Below are positions 26,449 to 34,489 of a DNA stretch of 64,000 nucleotides, in pieces. The notes beneath the pieces were generated by a model that saw only the letters and a program-made list of their open reading frames with translations, was not told the origin of the DNA and searched no databases. Numbering within the stretch: the first letter of the stretch is position 1; each line of letters begins with the position of its first letter. The stretch lies in IMG/VR virus record IMGVR_UViG_3300048438_000153, positions 1-64,000 of that record. The stretch is one strand, 5' to 3'. The position numbers and the translations under genes were made by a program.

Positions 26449-26485
26449 TTATCTAACCTTATTCTTTCTTAATAGGATAAAGCCC

Positions 26486-26578
26486 TTGCCCTCAGAACAG
26501 ATATTGCCCGACTATTCAGTGTTCATCTATTGTTTTTTGATGGGGGTGACTCTCTTCTATTTATTTAAGAAAGAATAG
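26486..26578 (+). CDS. Putative 30-aa single-pass membrane peptide (not in the ORF track)
   Basis: TTG start after AGGA; MPSEQILPDYSVFIYCFLMGVTLFYLFKKE has a hydrophobic core and a basic tail. Confidence 0.4.
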   Translation: MPSEQILPDYSVFIYCFLMGVTLFYLFKKE

Positions 26579-26623
26579 GTTCTTATCAAGTACATAAATA
26601 AGAATGAAAAAAAGGGTCCTGTA

Positions 26624-26950
26624 ATGAAGATCAGTCAAGAGACACTCCATATCACTGAACAAGCAATCTCAACCTCAAGAGATCATCTCGTTTACCTACA
26701 TTCCTGTGGCTTAGGGGATTACCCTACAATTGAAGACATTCTGAACGGCGCGAAGATCGTGGCAACGTATCTTTCTCAGGGCAGAGAAATGAGCCCCGAC
26801 ATCAAAACCTATGCACTCGATTTTGCGTTCTCATATGAGTATGGGAGAGCGGAAGAGGAGTGTACAACTGATCTTTCTTTATATAATATCTTAGATATCG
26901 CCCAAAAGATCGAAAATGAGTTTCCCTCGATCTGTGATAAGGACTCTTAA
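26624..26950 (+). CDS. Hypothetical protein
   Basis: 108-aa ORF with AAGGG SD. Confidence 0.6.
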   Translation: MKISQETLHITEQAISTSRDHLVYLHSCGLGDYPTIEDILNGAKIVATYLSQGREMSPDIKTYALDFAFSYEYGRAEEECTTDLSLYNILDIAQKIENEFPSICDKDS

Positions 26951-27026
26951 CAGAGATCGAAATCGCGCTGATATCCTCTGACAGCCCATCCCTACCCACT
27001 TTACATTAAGAAAGGACTTATGTGAA

Positions 27027-27167
27027 ATGTACGCAGAGCGAACAATCTACTGCTTAAAGTGTAAACGCGAGACGTGGGAGGGGTCAAAATGCCCTACCAC
27101 TAACCGTAAAGAGAATTGCTCAGACAGAGAGTCATCTAAGAAAGAAATCAACCCAAAATGGGGCTGA
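27027..27167 (+). CDS. 46-aa Cys-containing (Zn-ribbon-like) peptide (not in the ORF track)
   Basis: AAAGGA SD; MYAERTIYCLKCKRETWEGSKCPTTNRKENCSDRESSKKEINPKWG. Confidence 0.5.
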   Translation: MYAERTIYCLKCKRETWEGSKCPTTNRKENCSDRESSKKEINPKWG

Positions 27168-27258
27168 GATTGAGGAGGGGGTCAGAGGCGTTCTTATTCG
27201 GTAGACTTTATATGTTTTCTCACAAATGATCTCTTTAACAGCTAAACGGAGAAAAACC

Positions 27259-27843
27259 ATGAGAAGATCTGCATCAGAAGTCCTTCATAATCTTGAGAAC
27301 AGGATTGCTCGTCTTGAGAAACAGTCAACTCATTATGACGGCGATCTGTACTGTCCCGATTGCTACCACACGCCACTTGAAGCTTTAGGTGGGGGTTATT
27401 ATTTTTGTGAGAAATGTGGCCATCAGCCCCACGTTAGTGAACTTGATACATCGGGGAAAAAAGCGTCTACTATCAGGCCCTCTTTTGTTTCAAATCGAGA
27501 GTCTGTTTTAAGATTCTTTGAGGATAAGATCACGCCTATCATCGCGGGCATGGGTCTTGGGGAAAGCTTGAATCGTAACCTTGTTTCCATTAGAGTTACT
27601 TCTTCTGAAGATCGGTTTAACTTTTTGGTGTCCTTTAACCATCAAGAGTTCTCTTTCTCACACGAGTTTCCTGAGCAGATCGCGTTCAGTTATCTGTTCG
27701 TGTCGGACTCTGACGGAAGAGTAGTATCTTCCACTCGAAAATCTGGAAAGGCGATTGATCTTAATGAATTTATGAGGCATTGGGACTTATATGACTCTAG
27801 AAGAAAAGGGGATCATGTTAAGGTTAGTATTAACCTTAGTTAA
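27259..27843 (+). CDS. Leader-tag family protein with a Zn ribbon (CPDC...CEKC) and a second domain
   Basis: MRRSASEVLHNLENRIARLEKQS leader. Start refined to 27259 (GGAG SD). Confidence 0.75.
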   Translation: MRRSASEVLHNLENRIARLEKQSTHYDGDLYCPDCYHTPLEALGGGYYFCEKCGHQPHVSELDTSGKKASTIRPSFVSNRESVLRFFEDKITPIIAGMGLGESLNRNLVSIRVTSSEDRFNFLVSFNHQEFSFSHEFPEQIAFSYLFVSDSDGRVVSSTRKSGKAIDLNEFMRHWDLYDSRRKGDHVKVSINLS

Positions 27844-28003
27844 GTCAGCTTTTAAATAAATACGCTCTAAAGTCCTTTCTTTGCGTATTCTCTTTTGAGC
27901 TTTCTTGTTAGGTTGGACATAGTAAGTCCCATCCCTTAAAAAAACCTCATGTTTTTGGTGTTCTTTGCTTCACTGAGAGGTATTCTTACACACCTAAATC
28001 TAT

Positions 28004-28186
28004 GTGGAAAAGAGGTTTGCTGTGTGGTGTATCGAGGTAATCAAAAAGATGAATGAGTCTCCCTCACTTCCTAGAGGTCATAAAACTACTAAGAGAGATA
28101 AAGAGAGAGATCTCAGAGAGCAGATTGAGAAGACAAAAGCTCAGTTGGAGTGCCTCAAAGAGTCTTTAGCCGAGCTCGAAAAGTAA
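28004..28186 (+). CDS. Small coiled-coil hypothetical protein
   Basis: 60 aa, GTG start; tail overlaps the opposite-strand ORF 28141-28278. Confidence 0.4.
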   Translation: MEKRFAVWCIEVIKKMNESPSLPRGHKTTKRDKERDLREQIEKTKAQLECLKESLAELEK

Positions 28187-28278
28187 ACTCTTTTCTCTTC
28201 TACTTTCTTAGGCTCTGCCTGAGCAATACCAAAGAGCGCGAGCAGAGAGAGGACGCAGGCACACAGCTTGTAAAGCAT
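28141..28278 (-). CDS. Putative 45-aa secreted peptide with a signal sequence (not in the ORF track)
   Basis: GAGGG SD; MLYKLCACVLSLLALFGIAQA|EPKKVEEKRVYF... has an AxA signal-peptidase-I site. Confidence 0.4.
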   Translation of the reverse strand: MLYKLCACVLSLLALFGIAQAEPKKVEEKRVYFSSSAKDSLRHSN

Positions 28279-28463
28279 CTCAGCCCTCACCGACTGCTAA
28301 GAGTAAGGACGGCTAAAAGCACTCTGTTTCTCATGGCGGTTTCTTTCTTAACGTGGTGGGTAGGCAGATACGCCAAAAGGTCATCTCCCCGATAAATAAA
28401 CTATGGGAGGGCTCGCATAGGTTCTGATATGTGGTTGGGAGACTCGAATGAAAGGGTATAAGA

Positions 28464-28991
28464 ATGAGAGTCAAACACTATACAGGAATCGGCTCGCGTG
28501 AGACACCACAGAAAGTCCTACTTCAGATGGAGAAGATCGGCTCTTTCTTCGCTGAGAAAGGCTATGTGCTTCGCTCAGGAGGGGCAAAGGGCGCAGATAC
28601 TTACTTTGAGCGTGGGTGTAATAACGTCAGGGGGTTCAAGCAGATATGGCGACCCTCTGAGAGTCACTTCCCTCTACAGGAGTGGGCTATTGAGAAAGCC
28701 TCTGACGTCTGTTGGGAGTACCCTCTCGAAAAGATGAAGGCTTACACCATCGGCTTAATCACTCGAAATATGTATCAAATCTACGGTGATTCTGAATCCG
28801 TAGAGGGTATCATCCCCGTAGACTTCGTGGTCTATTGGAGTAACGGAAATCCTTTGGAAGAAGGTCGGGATTCAGGTGGGACGCGCTATGCCGTGAGAGC
28901 AGCGAGCGCCATCGGTATTCCGACCTACAACCTGAGAACACAGAAAGAAGAGTTCGCAGATTTTCTGAGGGCTCTGAAGGAAGAGAACTGA
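28464..28991 (+). CDS. SLOG-superfamily (DprA/Smf N-terminal-like) protein
   Basis: YTGIGSRETP...VLRSGGAKGAD...SGGTRYAVRAA...IPTYNL is the typical phage DprA-like SLOG pattern. Confidence 0.8.
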   Translation: MRVKHYTGIGSRETPQKVLLQMEKIGSFFAEKGYVLRSGGAKGADTYFERGCNNVRGFKQIWRPSESHFPLQEWAIEKASDVCWEYPLEKMKAYTIGLITRNMYQIYGDSESVEGIIPVDFVVYWSNGNPLEEGRDSGGTRYAVRAASAIGIPTYNLRTQKEEFADFLRALKEEN

Positions 28992-28993
28992 AC

Positions 28994-29221
28994 ATGGAGA
29001 AACTAGGTGCAGTCGCCTTTATTGGACTCTTTATCTTATTTTTTTACCTAGACCTCACAAGGATTGTGGAAGTCCACATCTGTGAATCTCAAGGTGTAAC
29101 TCAGTACGTTAGCTTTAGCCCTCGACCTGATCTCTTAAGCGTGGGTGACTGTAGGGTCGTTGAGATGTCAAAATCATCCTACTATAATTTGAAAAGACTT
29201 ATGAAAGAAGGTCAAAGATGA
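28994..29221 (+). CDS. Small membrane-anchored protein
   Basis: N-terminal hydrophobic helix LGAVAFIGLFILFFYL. Confidence 0.6.
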   Translation: MEKLGAVAFIGLFILFFYLDLTRIVEVHICESQGVTQYVSFSPRPDLLSVGDCRVVEMSKSSYYNLKRLMKEGQR

Positions 29222-29433
29222 AGCATTTGAGAGTTGTGTTGAAGTGGGTAGAACCCACCGTAGACGGCCTGACTTACGAAGGTGAGACCCCTTACTCTGA
29301 GTTGCCTGAAAAGATCGAGATTCCTCTTGGCGAGGATCATGGTGAGATTGATGAGCACGACTTACTTGACCACATCTCAGACACCTATGGTTGGGTCATT
29401 AAGTTTTACGAAGTCCACGTTATCGAAGAGTGA
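29218..29433 (+). CDS. Small acidic hypothetical protein
   Basis: 71 aa with ATGA overlap. Confidence 0.65.
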   Translation: MKHLRVVLKWVEPTVDGLTYEGETPYSELPEKIEIPLGEDHGEIDEHDLLDHISDTYGWVIKFYEVHVIEE

Positions 29434-29439
29434 GTTAGA

Positions 29440-30243
29440 ATGGGCGCTCCTAAGTGGTCAGTTGAAGATGTGCTTACCATTTCTGTGATGGTGGACTTTC
29501 TCACTCTTAAAGAACTGAGCGAGAGAATGGGGCGCAGTGAAGGCGCGGTGAGGCGAAAGCTCCATTCTTTGGGTCTGAGGGTCAAGCACCATCAATCGAG
29601 AAAGAAGCCTCCTAGCTCGTGGTCTGAAGATGAGATCAAATATCTTAAGACAGCGGTAAAGAAGAAGACCATCCCTGAAATGGCTTCTCACCTCAAAAGG
29701 TCTGTCAGTTCGGTTAACTACAAGCTCCGTCACTTGGGGATTCCTGTGCGCTCGGTTAGAGGTTACAAGAGAACCAAGAAAAGAAAAGGAGAGTGGACTC
29801 GGAAAGAGACTTCTTTCTTAAGGGAAAATGTAGGTCTGATGACATCCCTAGAGATCTCGGAGCATATAAAGCGTACTCCCCTCTCAATCAAGTTGAAAGC
29901 CACTAAGATGAATCTTTCACTACAGATCAATCCTTGGACTGAAAGTGACTTTGAAACCTTAACTCAACGCATTCAAGAGGGAGTGTCTTTCACCGCGCTC
30001 TCTCAAGAGCTAGGGAGAAGCCCTGAAGCTGTAAGAGCGAAAGCGAGATGTTTGATGATTGCGCCGAGCAATCGGTGGACAGATGAAGAGAATTCCACCT
30101 TACTCTCTCTTAGAGATGATCAAGGGCTTTCTTTCCGAGAAATCTCAGCTCGCCTACAGAAGTCAGTTTTCTCTGTGAGAAAGAAGTACAACCGATTAGT
30201 CAAAGCCTCTCATACAGGAGGCAATCTTAGCGATCAAGGGTAG
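29440..30243 (+). CDS. Tandem Myb/SANT-like HTH repeat DNA-binding protein
   Basis: Five ~50-aa repeats starting WSVED, WSEDE, WTRKE, WTESD and WTDEE, each with an L.RS..(A/S)V-type recognition helix. Confidence 0.8.
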   Translation: MGAPKWSVEDVLTISVMVDFLTLKELSERMGRSEGAVRRKLHSLGLRVKHHQSRKKPPSSWSEDEIKYLKTAVKKKTIPEMASHLKRSVSSVNYKLRHLGIPVRSVRGYKRTKKRKGEWTRKETSFLRENVGLMTSLEISEHIKRTPLSIKLKATKMNLSLQINPWTESDFETLTQRIQEGVSFTALSQELGRSPEAVRAKARCLMIAPSNRWTDEENSTLLSLRDDQGLSFREISARLQKSVFSVRKKYNRLVKASHTGGNLSDQG

Positions 30244-30344
30244 GTTAGGACATCTACCGCACCTATATTTTCAGGTTGTGGAAAGCGACGGACTCAATCG
30301 GTATAAATCCCCATCAGAAAAGTACCGATTGAAAGGCAGTAGAG

Positions 30345-31142
30345 ATGAATAAAAAGTCTGTCGCGAAAGCAAGAAACCTTAACAAGCAAAAGAAAGCCCT
30401 CCGCCGAAAGAGAAAGGCTAAGGCTCGTCTCAAGAAGAAAAGACTCCTCAAGAACATGGTGGGGAAGCCTCAGATTAACATTGAGAACTTCCTCTTCCGC
30501 TATGCTGTAGAGAATATGGCGAACGTCTCTTTCTCCTACTTGGAGAAAGGCACTAACTACTATCTCAGCAACGATGACGTTGATCTGACTCTAGAGCAGT
30601 TCTTAACGAATCGTAAAGCAGACACCTATTTCTCCTGTGGTGTTCGTGGCGCTTTCAAAGATGGGGATCTTCAAGTCTCAAAACCGCTCACATGGATACC
30701 TGAAGCGGAGCGACCCACAGTCAAAGATTACCTCGCTGAGCTGTGGAATCCTGAAGTCGAAGCTGATGGGGTCAAGCAAGTGAACTCGTTCACGTTCTTT
30801 CTCTATGACGACGATGACTTTGCAGAGGATGAATACGGCGATCATTTCTTAGTGTGTTGTGTCATGGTTTCGGGAGTCACAAAAGACCACATTGAGGGCT
30901 ATCTAGTGATGAGAAACGCATACGAGAAGGACGGCGCTCTCTGCCTTGAAGGGGAGAACCTATTCTTAGACCATGAAGATGTTCTTTCTGTGATCGTGCC
31001 TCCAATGATAAACCTCCCTGAGCCTCCTACAGAAGAGCCTGAGTCTCCTACAGAAGAGCCTGAGTCTCCTACAGAAGAGCCTGAGTCTCCTGTAGAGGAT
31101 GAACCTAATAGTTCAGAGAAAGAAGTTGAGGTCGATGGGTAA
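30345..31142 (+). CDS. Hypothetical protein with a Lys/Arg-rich N-terminus and Pro/Glu-rich repeats at the C-terminus
   Basis: 265-aa ORF. Confidence 0.7.
   Translation: MNKKSVAKARNLNKQKKALRRKRKAKARLKKKRLLKNMVGKPQINIENFLFRYAVENMANVSFSYLEKGTNYYLSNDDVDLTLEQFLTNRKADTYFSCGVRGAFKDGDLQVSKPLTWIPEAERPTVKDYLAELWNPEVEADGVKQVNSFTFFLYDDDDFAEDEYGDHFLVCCVMVSGVTKDHIEGYLVMRNAYEKDGALCLEGENLFLDHEDVLSVIVPPMINLPEPPTEEPESPTEEPESPTEEPESPVEDEPNSSEKEVEVDG
31024..31091 (+). repeat. 21-bp tandem repeat (3 copies plus a partial) encoding PTEEPES
   Basis: (ctcctacagaagagcctgagt)x3. Confidence 0.95.
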
Positions 31143-31509
31143 GTGCTTCGTTAAATGGGAACTGCAAGAGGACGTTACTTGGAAATGGAGGTGCTCTCGG
31201 TATTGGCTCAATCAAGGTAAGGCGTTCAGAGAATCTTCTGAAGTCTGCTATCACTACCAATGTAAAGGGCGCGCTGAGCGAGTCATACACCCTCTCATCG
31301 AGGGGGGACTTGAAGAAGTTCAAGACCCCCCTAAGACTACTCCTATATGTGCATGGTATCGGTGCGATCAGCCTGTCGCTCCCAACAAGTTAAGACATTG
31401 CTCAGAAGTCTGTCGAAAGAGACAGAACCGATGGGATTACAAACAGCGCAAGAAGAAAGAGCGTAAGGATGCCAAGAGACAAGAGAAAGATCACAATCTA
31501 TCTGACTGA
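31135..31509 (+). CDS. Cys-rich Zn-finger-like protein
   Basis: C...CYHYQC, CAWYRC and HCSEVCR followed by a basic tail. Start refined to 31135. Confidence 0.65.
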   Translation: MGKCFVKWELQEDVTWKWRCSRYWLNQGKAFRESSEVCYHYQCKGRAERVIHPLIEGGLEEVQDPPKTTPICAWYRCDQPVAPNKLRHCSEVCRKRQNRWDYKQRKKKERKDAKRQEKDHNLSD

Positions 31510-31657
31510 AGAAGTCAGACAAGAGATCGGGAAAGAAGCGGAGAGACTTGACCGCACTACGAGTTGGCTACTGAGGAAGGCTTGGCTCATCGCTCAAGAA
31601 GAGATTAAGTCTTATCCCTCAATCCCTACTTATGAGGACGATAGCGACCCCACCTGA
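31469..31657 (+). CDS. Ribbon-helix-helix protein resembling the myxobacterial MXAN_4361/4362 (TIGR04563) family
   Basis: DKRKITIYLTEEVRQEIGKEAERLDRTTSWLLRKAWLIAQEEIKSYP closely parallels the recalled family pattern DKRKQSLYF.E.ML.EI..EA.R.DRSLSW.VQ.AW.IAR..I..FP. Confidence 0.75.
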   Translation: MPRDKRKITIYLTEEVRQEIGKEAERLDRTTSWLLRKAWLIAQEEIKSYPSIPTYEDDSDPT

Positions 31658-31904
31658 CTCGTCGGCATAGGTGTCTCTGACTCATCAGTCTCACCTCTTG
31701 ACTAACCACCGCTCTTAACGAAGCCCTGTCTCCCCCCTCTTCTACATACACTGAGGGTAGTGACAGGGCTTTTATTATGTGCGACATCATCATAGTAACA
31801 GAGCCTTTATCTTGATCTTTCTCTAAGTGGTCTTGATCAGAGAAGTCCTCTGTTTGAAAGTAGATAGAGAGGGCTTCCCTTATTTGCGCTCGATTAATAC
31901 TCAC
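31626..31904 (-). CDS. Hypothetical protein
   Basis: 92-aa ORF filling the gap between plus-strand genes. Confidence 0.35.
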   Translation of the reverse strand: MSINRAQIREALSIYFQTEDFSDQDHLEKDQDKGSVTMMMSHIIKALSLPSVYVEEGGDRASLRAVVSQEVRLMSQRHLCRRVRWGRYRPHK

Positions 31905-31945
31905 TTTATATCCCGAATGTCTTAACTGAAGAAAGAAGGTGAGTC

Positions 31946-32419
31946 ATGGATAGACTGTATGATTTGATGGTCAGGGTAGCTCGCCTTGAACGCACATCGA
32001 AAGTAAAAAGTACGAAAGCTGAAGATGTGTTTTTTGACAACCCTCTCCATAAGTCTGTGAAGCAACTCGCTGAGTCCAAGGCTCTTTCTAATGACCCCGA
32101 CACAGCTAAGCACAGCATAGGGATGTCCGACAACCCTGACAGGACTAAAGAAGAAGCTAAGAAAGAGGCTCTCGTAGCTCCACCCCCTCCTTCAGAAATC
32201 AAAGAAAAGCCTGGCGGAAAAGAGTTTTCCACTCTTAACCAACTCGTCATCGACACAGAAGAGAAAGTAAAGGGTGTTCCAAAGGGCTTCGGGGAAGCGC
32301 CGAAAGTAGACCCTGAAGAGCCTCTTCCTGAAGCATCTAAAGACATGAAGCAGATCAAGAAAGAGGTCGTTAAGAAAGTAATGAGGAGAAAAGGCTATGT
32401 CATCACTAACTCTAAATGA
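31946..32419 (+). CDS. Charged protein with an RVARLE leader variant; possible head/scaffold-associated protein
   Basis: MDRLYDLMVRVARLERTS; K/E/P-rich; AAGGTGAG SD. Confidence 0.7.
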   Translation: MDRLYDLMVRVARLERTSKVKSTKAEDVFFDNPLHKSVKQLAESKALSNDPDTAKHSIGMSDNPDRTKEEAKKEALVAPPPPSEIKEKPGGKEFSTLNQLVIDTEEKVKGVPKGFGEAPKVDPEEPLPEASKDMKQIKKEVVKKVMRRKGYVITNSK

Positions 32420-32963
32420 GACACCCGAGAACTTAGATATCATCCGTAATGGTGATCGCTTCGCCGCTACTATTGGGCCTCTCCTCAGAAGGTCGAAATG
32501 GAAAGGTGGTACTTGGGTTAAGTATGTCGAAGATGAAATCGACACTACGAGCTTCACGGTAGAGAAATCAGACGGCATTTATACCTGTGGTTTCGTGATC
32601 TACGGGAGTGAAGATTATGACAACGCGAGAGTGTCTAACTACCGCAACTTCACTAGCTATCAGAATACCTCTTCAATCGCACCCGCTCTAGGTACTGCGA
32701 CGCTTACGCTAGTGGCAGGTGGAGGGCGCTTTCTTTTCAAACAGTTCGAGTCTTTCAGACTAGACGCTCAGGGAAACAGGACTCTCCCCGCCAACTATCA
32801 GCTCAATCAAGAGCTTAAAGTCTCAGAAAACGGACTGCTCTGTAATGATGATGACGCTGACCTTATAGCTAAGACAGGAGGGGCTAAAGCCCTGATCGTA
32901 GGGATTTGCTGTCTTTTACCCACCACCCAAGTCCCGAAACTCGGGCTCGATTACAAGTTCTAG
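32397..32963 (+). CDS. Probable virion (head decoration/cement-like) protein
   Basis: 188-aa beta-rich ORF (WKGGTWVKY; NFTSYQ; LKVSENGLLCND). Function is inferred from composition only. Confidence 0.5.
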   Translation: MSSLTLNETPENLDIIRNGDRFAATIGPLLRRSKWKGGTWVKYVEDEIDTTSFTVEKSDGIYTCGFVIYGSEDYDNARVSNYRNFTSYQNTSSIAPALGTATLTLVAGGGRFLFKQFESFRLDAQGNRTLPANYQLNQELKVSENGLLCNDDDADLIAKTGGAKALIVGICCLLPTTQVPKLGLDYKF

Positions 32964-32971
32964 GAGATACT

Positions 32972-33460
32972 ATGAGTACTAAGAAAAGAATGATTATAAG
33001 AGTCGCTTCTGCTCACATGGAGAAGCAAGCTTTATTCGGGTTATTTGACAAGATGTTCAAGGACAGCCCTGACAGTTCAAAACATCATAAGACAAGCTAC
33101 AACAGCTATACTCTTATGATGTTTGGTAGCCCTCAGAGGGGCGTTCAGGCTGAATGGCTTAAAAACAGTCTCGGCTTCGAGCGCGGTCAAGATTCCATTA
33201 CATTGAGCCTCAAAGGGAAAGAGATCCTCGTCACTGTCGGGACAAAAGTTCTTCAGAAAAACAGGGACTACAGAGACAACATCACAGACCTCTTCACTAC
33301 GATTACGGCGTCGGGCGTTGATTCTAACATCTCAGACAGAGAGCTTGAGAGCTTCTTGAGAGATCTTCTTAGGAAAGAGCGTGTTCCTAAAGCGTACATC
33401 AAGACTCAGGATGAGGTTGTACGTCAGCTAGACATCAGTACTACGAGCGTTTACAGGTAA
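32972..33460 (+). CDS. Protein with an IRVAS...EKQA leader variant
   Basis: Start refined to the ATG at 32972 (AGGAG SD overlapping the upstream TAG). Confidence 0.7.
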   Translation: MSTKKRMIIRVASAHMEKQALFGLFDKMFKDSPDSSKHHKTSYNSYTLMMFGSPQRGVQAEWLKNSLGFERGQDSITLSLKGKEILVTVGTKVLQKNRDYRDNITDLFTTITASGVDSNISDRELESFLRDLLRKERVPKAYIKTQDEVVRQLDISTTSVYR

Positions 33461-33466
33461 TCTCCC

Positions 33467-34489
33467 ATGCCTAGCTTGCGAAACACCCCTCTGTTTAGAA
33501 TCAAGAAATTGATCAAGAGCATGGTGAACTCTGTGGATTCGATGTGGGAATACCCCCCCTACCAAGAACATATGCTTCCTCAAGAGTTTGAGGCGGTGAA
33601 CCGCGAGCTAGATAGAGACTTCAGGCTCTCAGTTCAACACCTCTATGGGCGCAGAACTGTTGCTGAGAATAACTATTGGGGGAGGGACTTCGGCTATTTC
33701 TTGGAGATCTTCAAGATGTCTCAGAATACCTACGGGACAATCAGAGACTATGAGGATTTACTTGAGAAAGTAAAGACCCTAGAGCCTCTCGTCAAAGAAA
33801 GAGATCGTAGGTTCAAAGACCAAGAGACGATAGAGAGAAAAGCCTTTACCCATAAAGGATTTAAGGTTGAGGCGAAGGATCTCAGTGAGGCGGTTATTGA
33901 AGCCATGCTTGAGCCTCTTGATCTCCTCGACCACCTCTTTAAGAAAAGAAAGGTCACAGTTCTCCTTCATGAGTCTCTCAGTAAGGTCGTTCTCCGATCA
34001 AACCCTGAAGACGAAATAGAGGGCGGTTGGGGCATCTCTGGCGCGGTGTATGTTCAAGGAAAAAAGATCGTCTGCCTCTACGACACTTTGCTTGACCAAA
34101 CCTGTCACATCTCAGGCTTAAAAAGCATCGTCTTCACCTTTGTCCATGAGATAGGCCATTGGCTTCATTTAGACTTTCTTTCTGTAGACGCTAGAGATTA
34201 TTGGAATAAGTCATGGGAAGGCGTCATCCCGAAAGGCATGAACTACCTCACCTATGAACAGGCGTCTAAGAACGAAACTCTTAGAAGTCTAGGCATCCCC
34301 ACGCCTTATGGACACAGAGATCCGTATGAAGACTTCGCGGAGACTTTCGCTCACTTCATTCTTAAGCCCGAGATGCTCTCTGAGAAGGCTCTTGAAAGAA
34401 TGAAAGAAACGCTTAGGATGAGCTATCGAGCGGGGCGCTCATTTATGCGTCTCGCGCACCACTCTCCTGATCTCTTCATGGACGATTGA
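33467..34489 (+). CDS. Zincin-like metallopeptidase
   Basis: FVHEIGHWLH (HExxH) and downstream TPYGHRDPYEDFAETF (third-ligand Glu motif). Confidence 0.8.
   Translation: MPSLRNTPLFRIKKLIKSMVNSVDSMWEYPPYQEHMLPQEFEAVNRELDRDFRLSVQHLYGRRTVAENNYWGRDFGYFLEIFKMSQNTYGTIRDYEDLLEKVKTLEPLVKERDRRFKDQETIERKAFTHKGFKVEAKDLSEAVIEAMLEPLDLLDHLFKKRKVTVLLHESLSKVVLRSNPEDEIEGGWGISGAVYVQGKKIVCLYDTLLDQTCHISGLKSIVFTFVHEIGHWLHLDFLSVDARDYWNKSWEGVIPKGMNYLTYEQASKNETLRSLGIPTPYGHRDPYEDFAETFAHFILKPEMLSEKALERMKETLRMSYRAGRSFMRLAHHSPDLFMDD

Noticed and set aside
31906-32358. 150-aa minus-strand ORF
   Set aside because: It is the antisense shadow of the plus-strand 157-aa gene, which has the SD and the leader motif.
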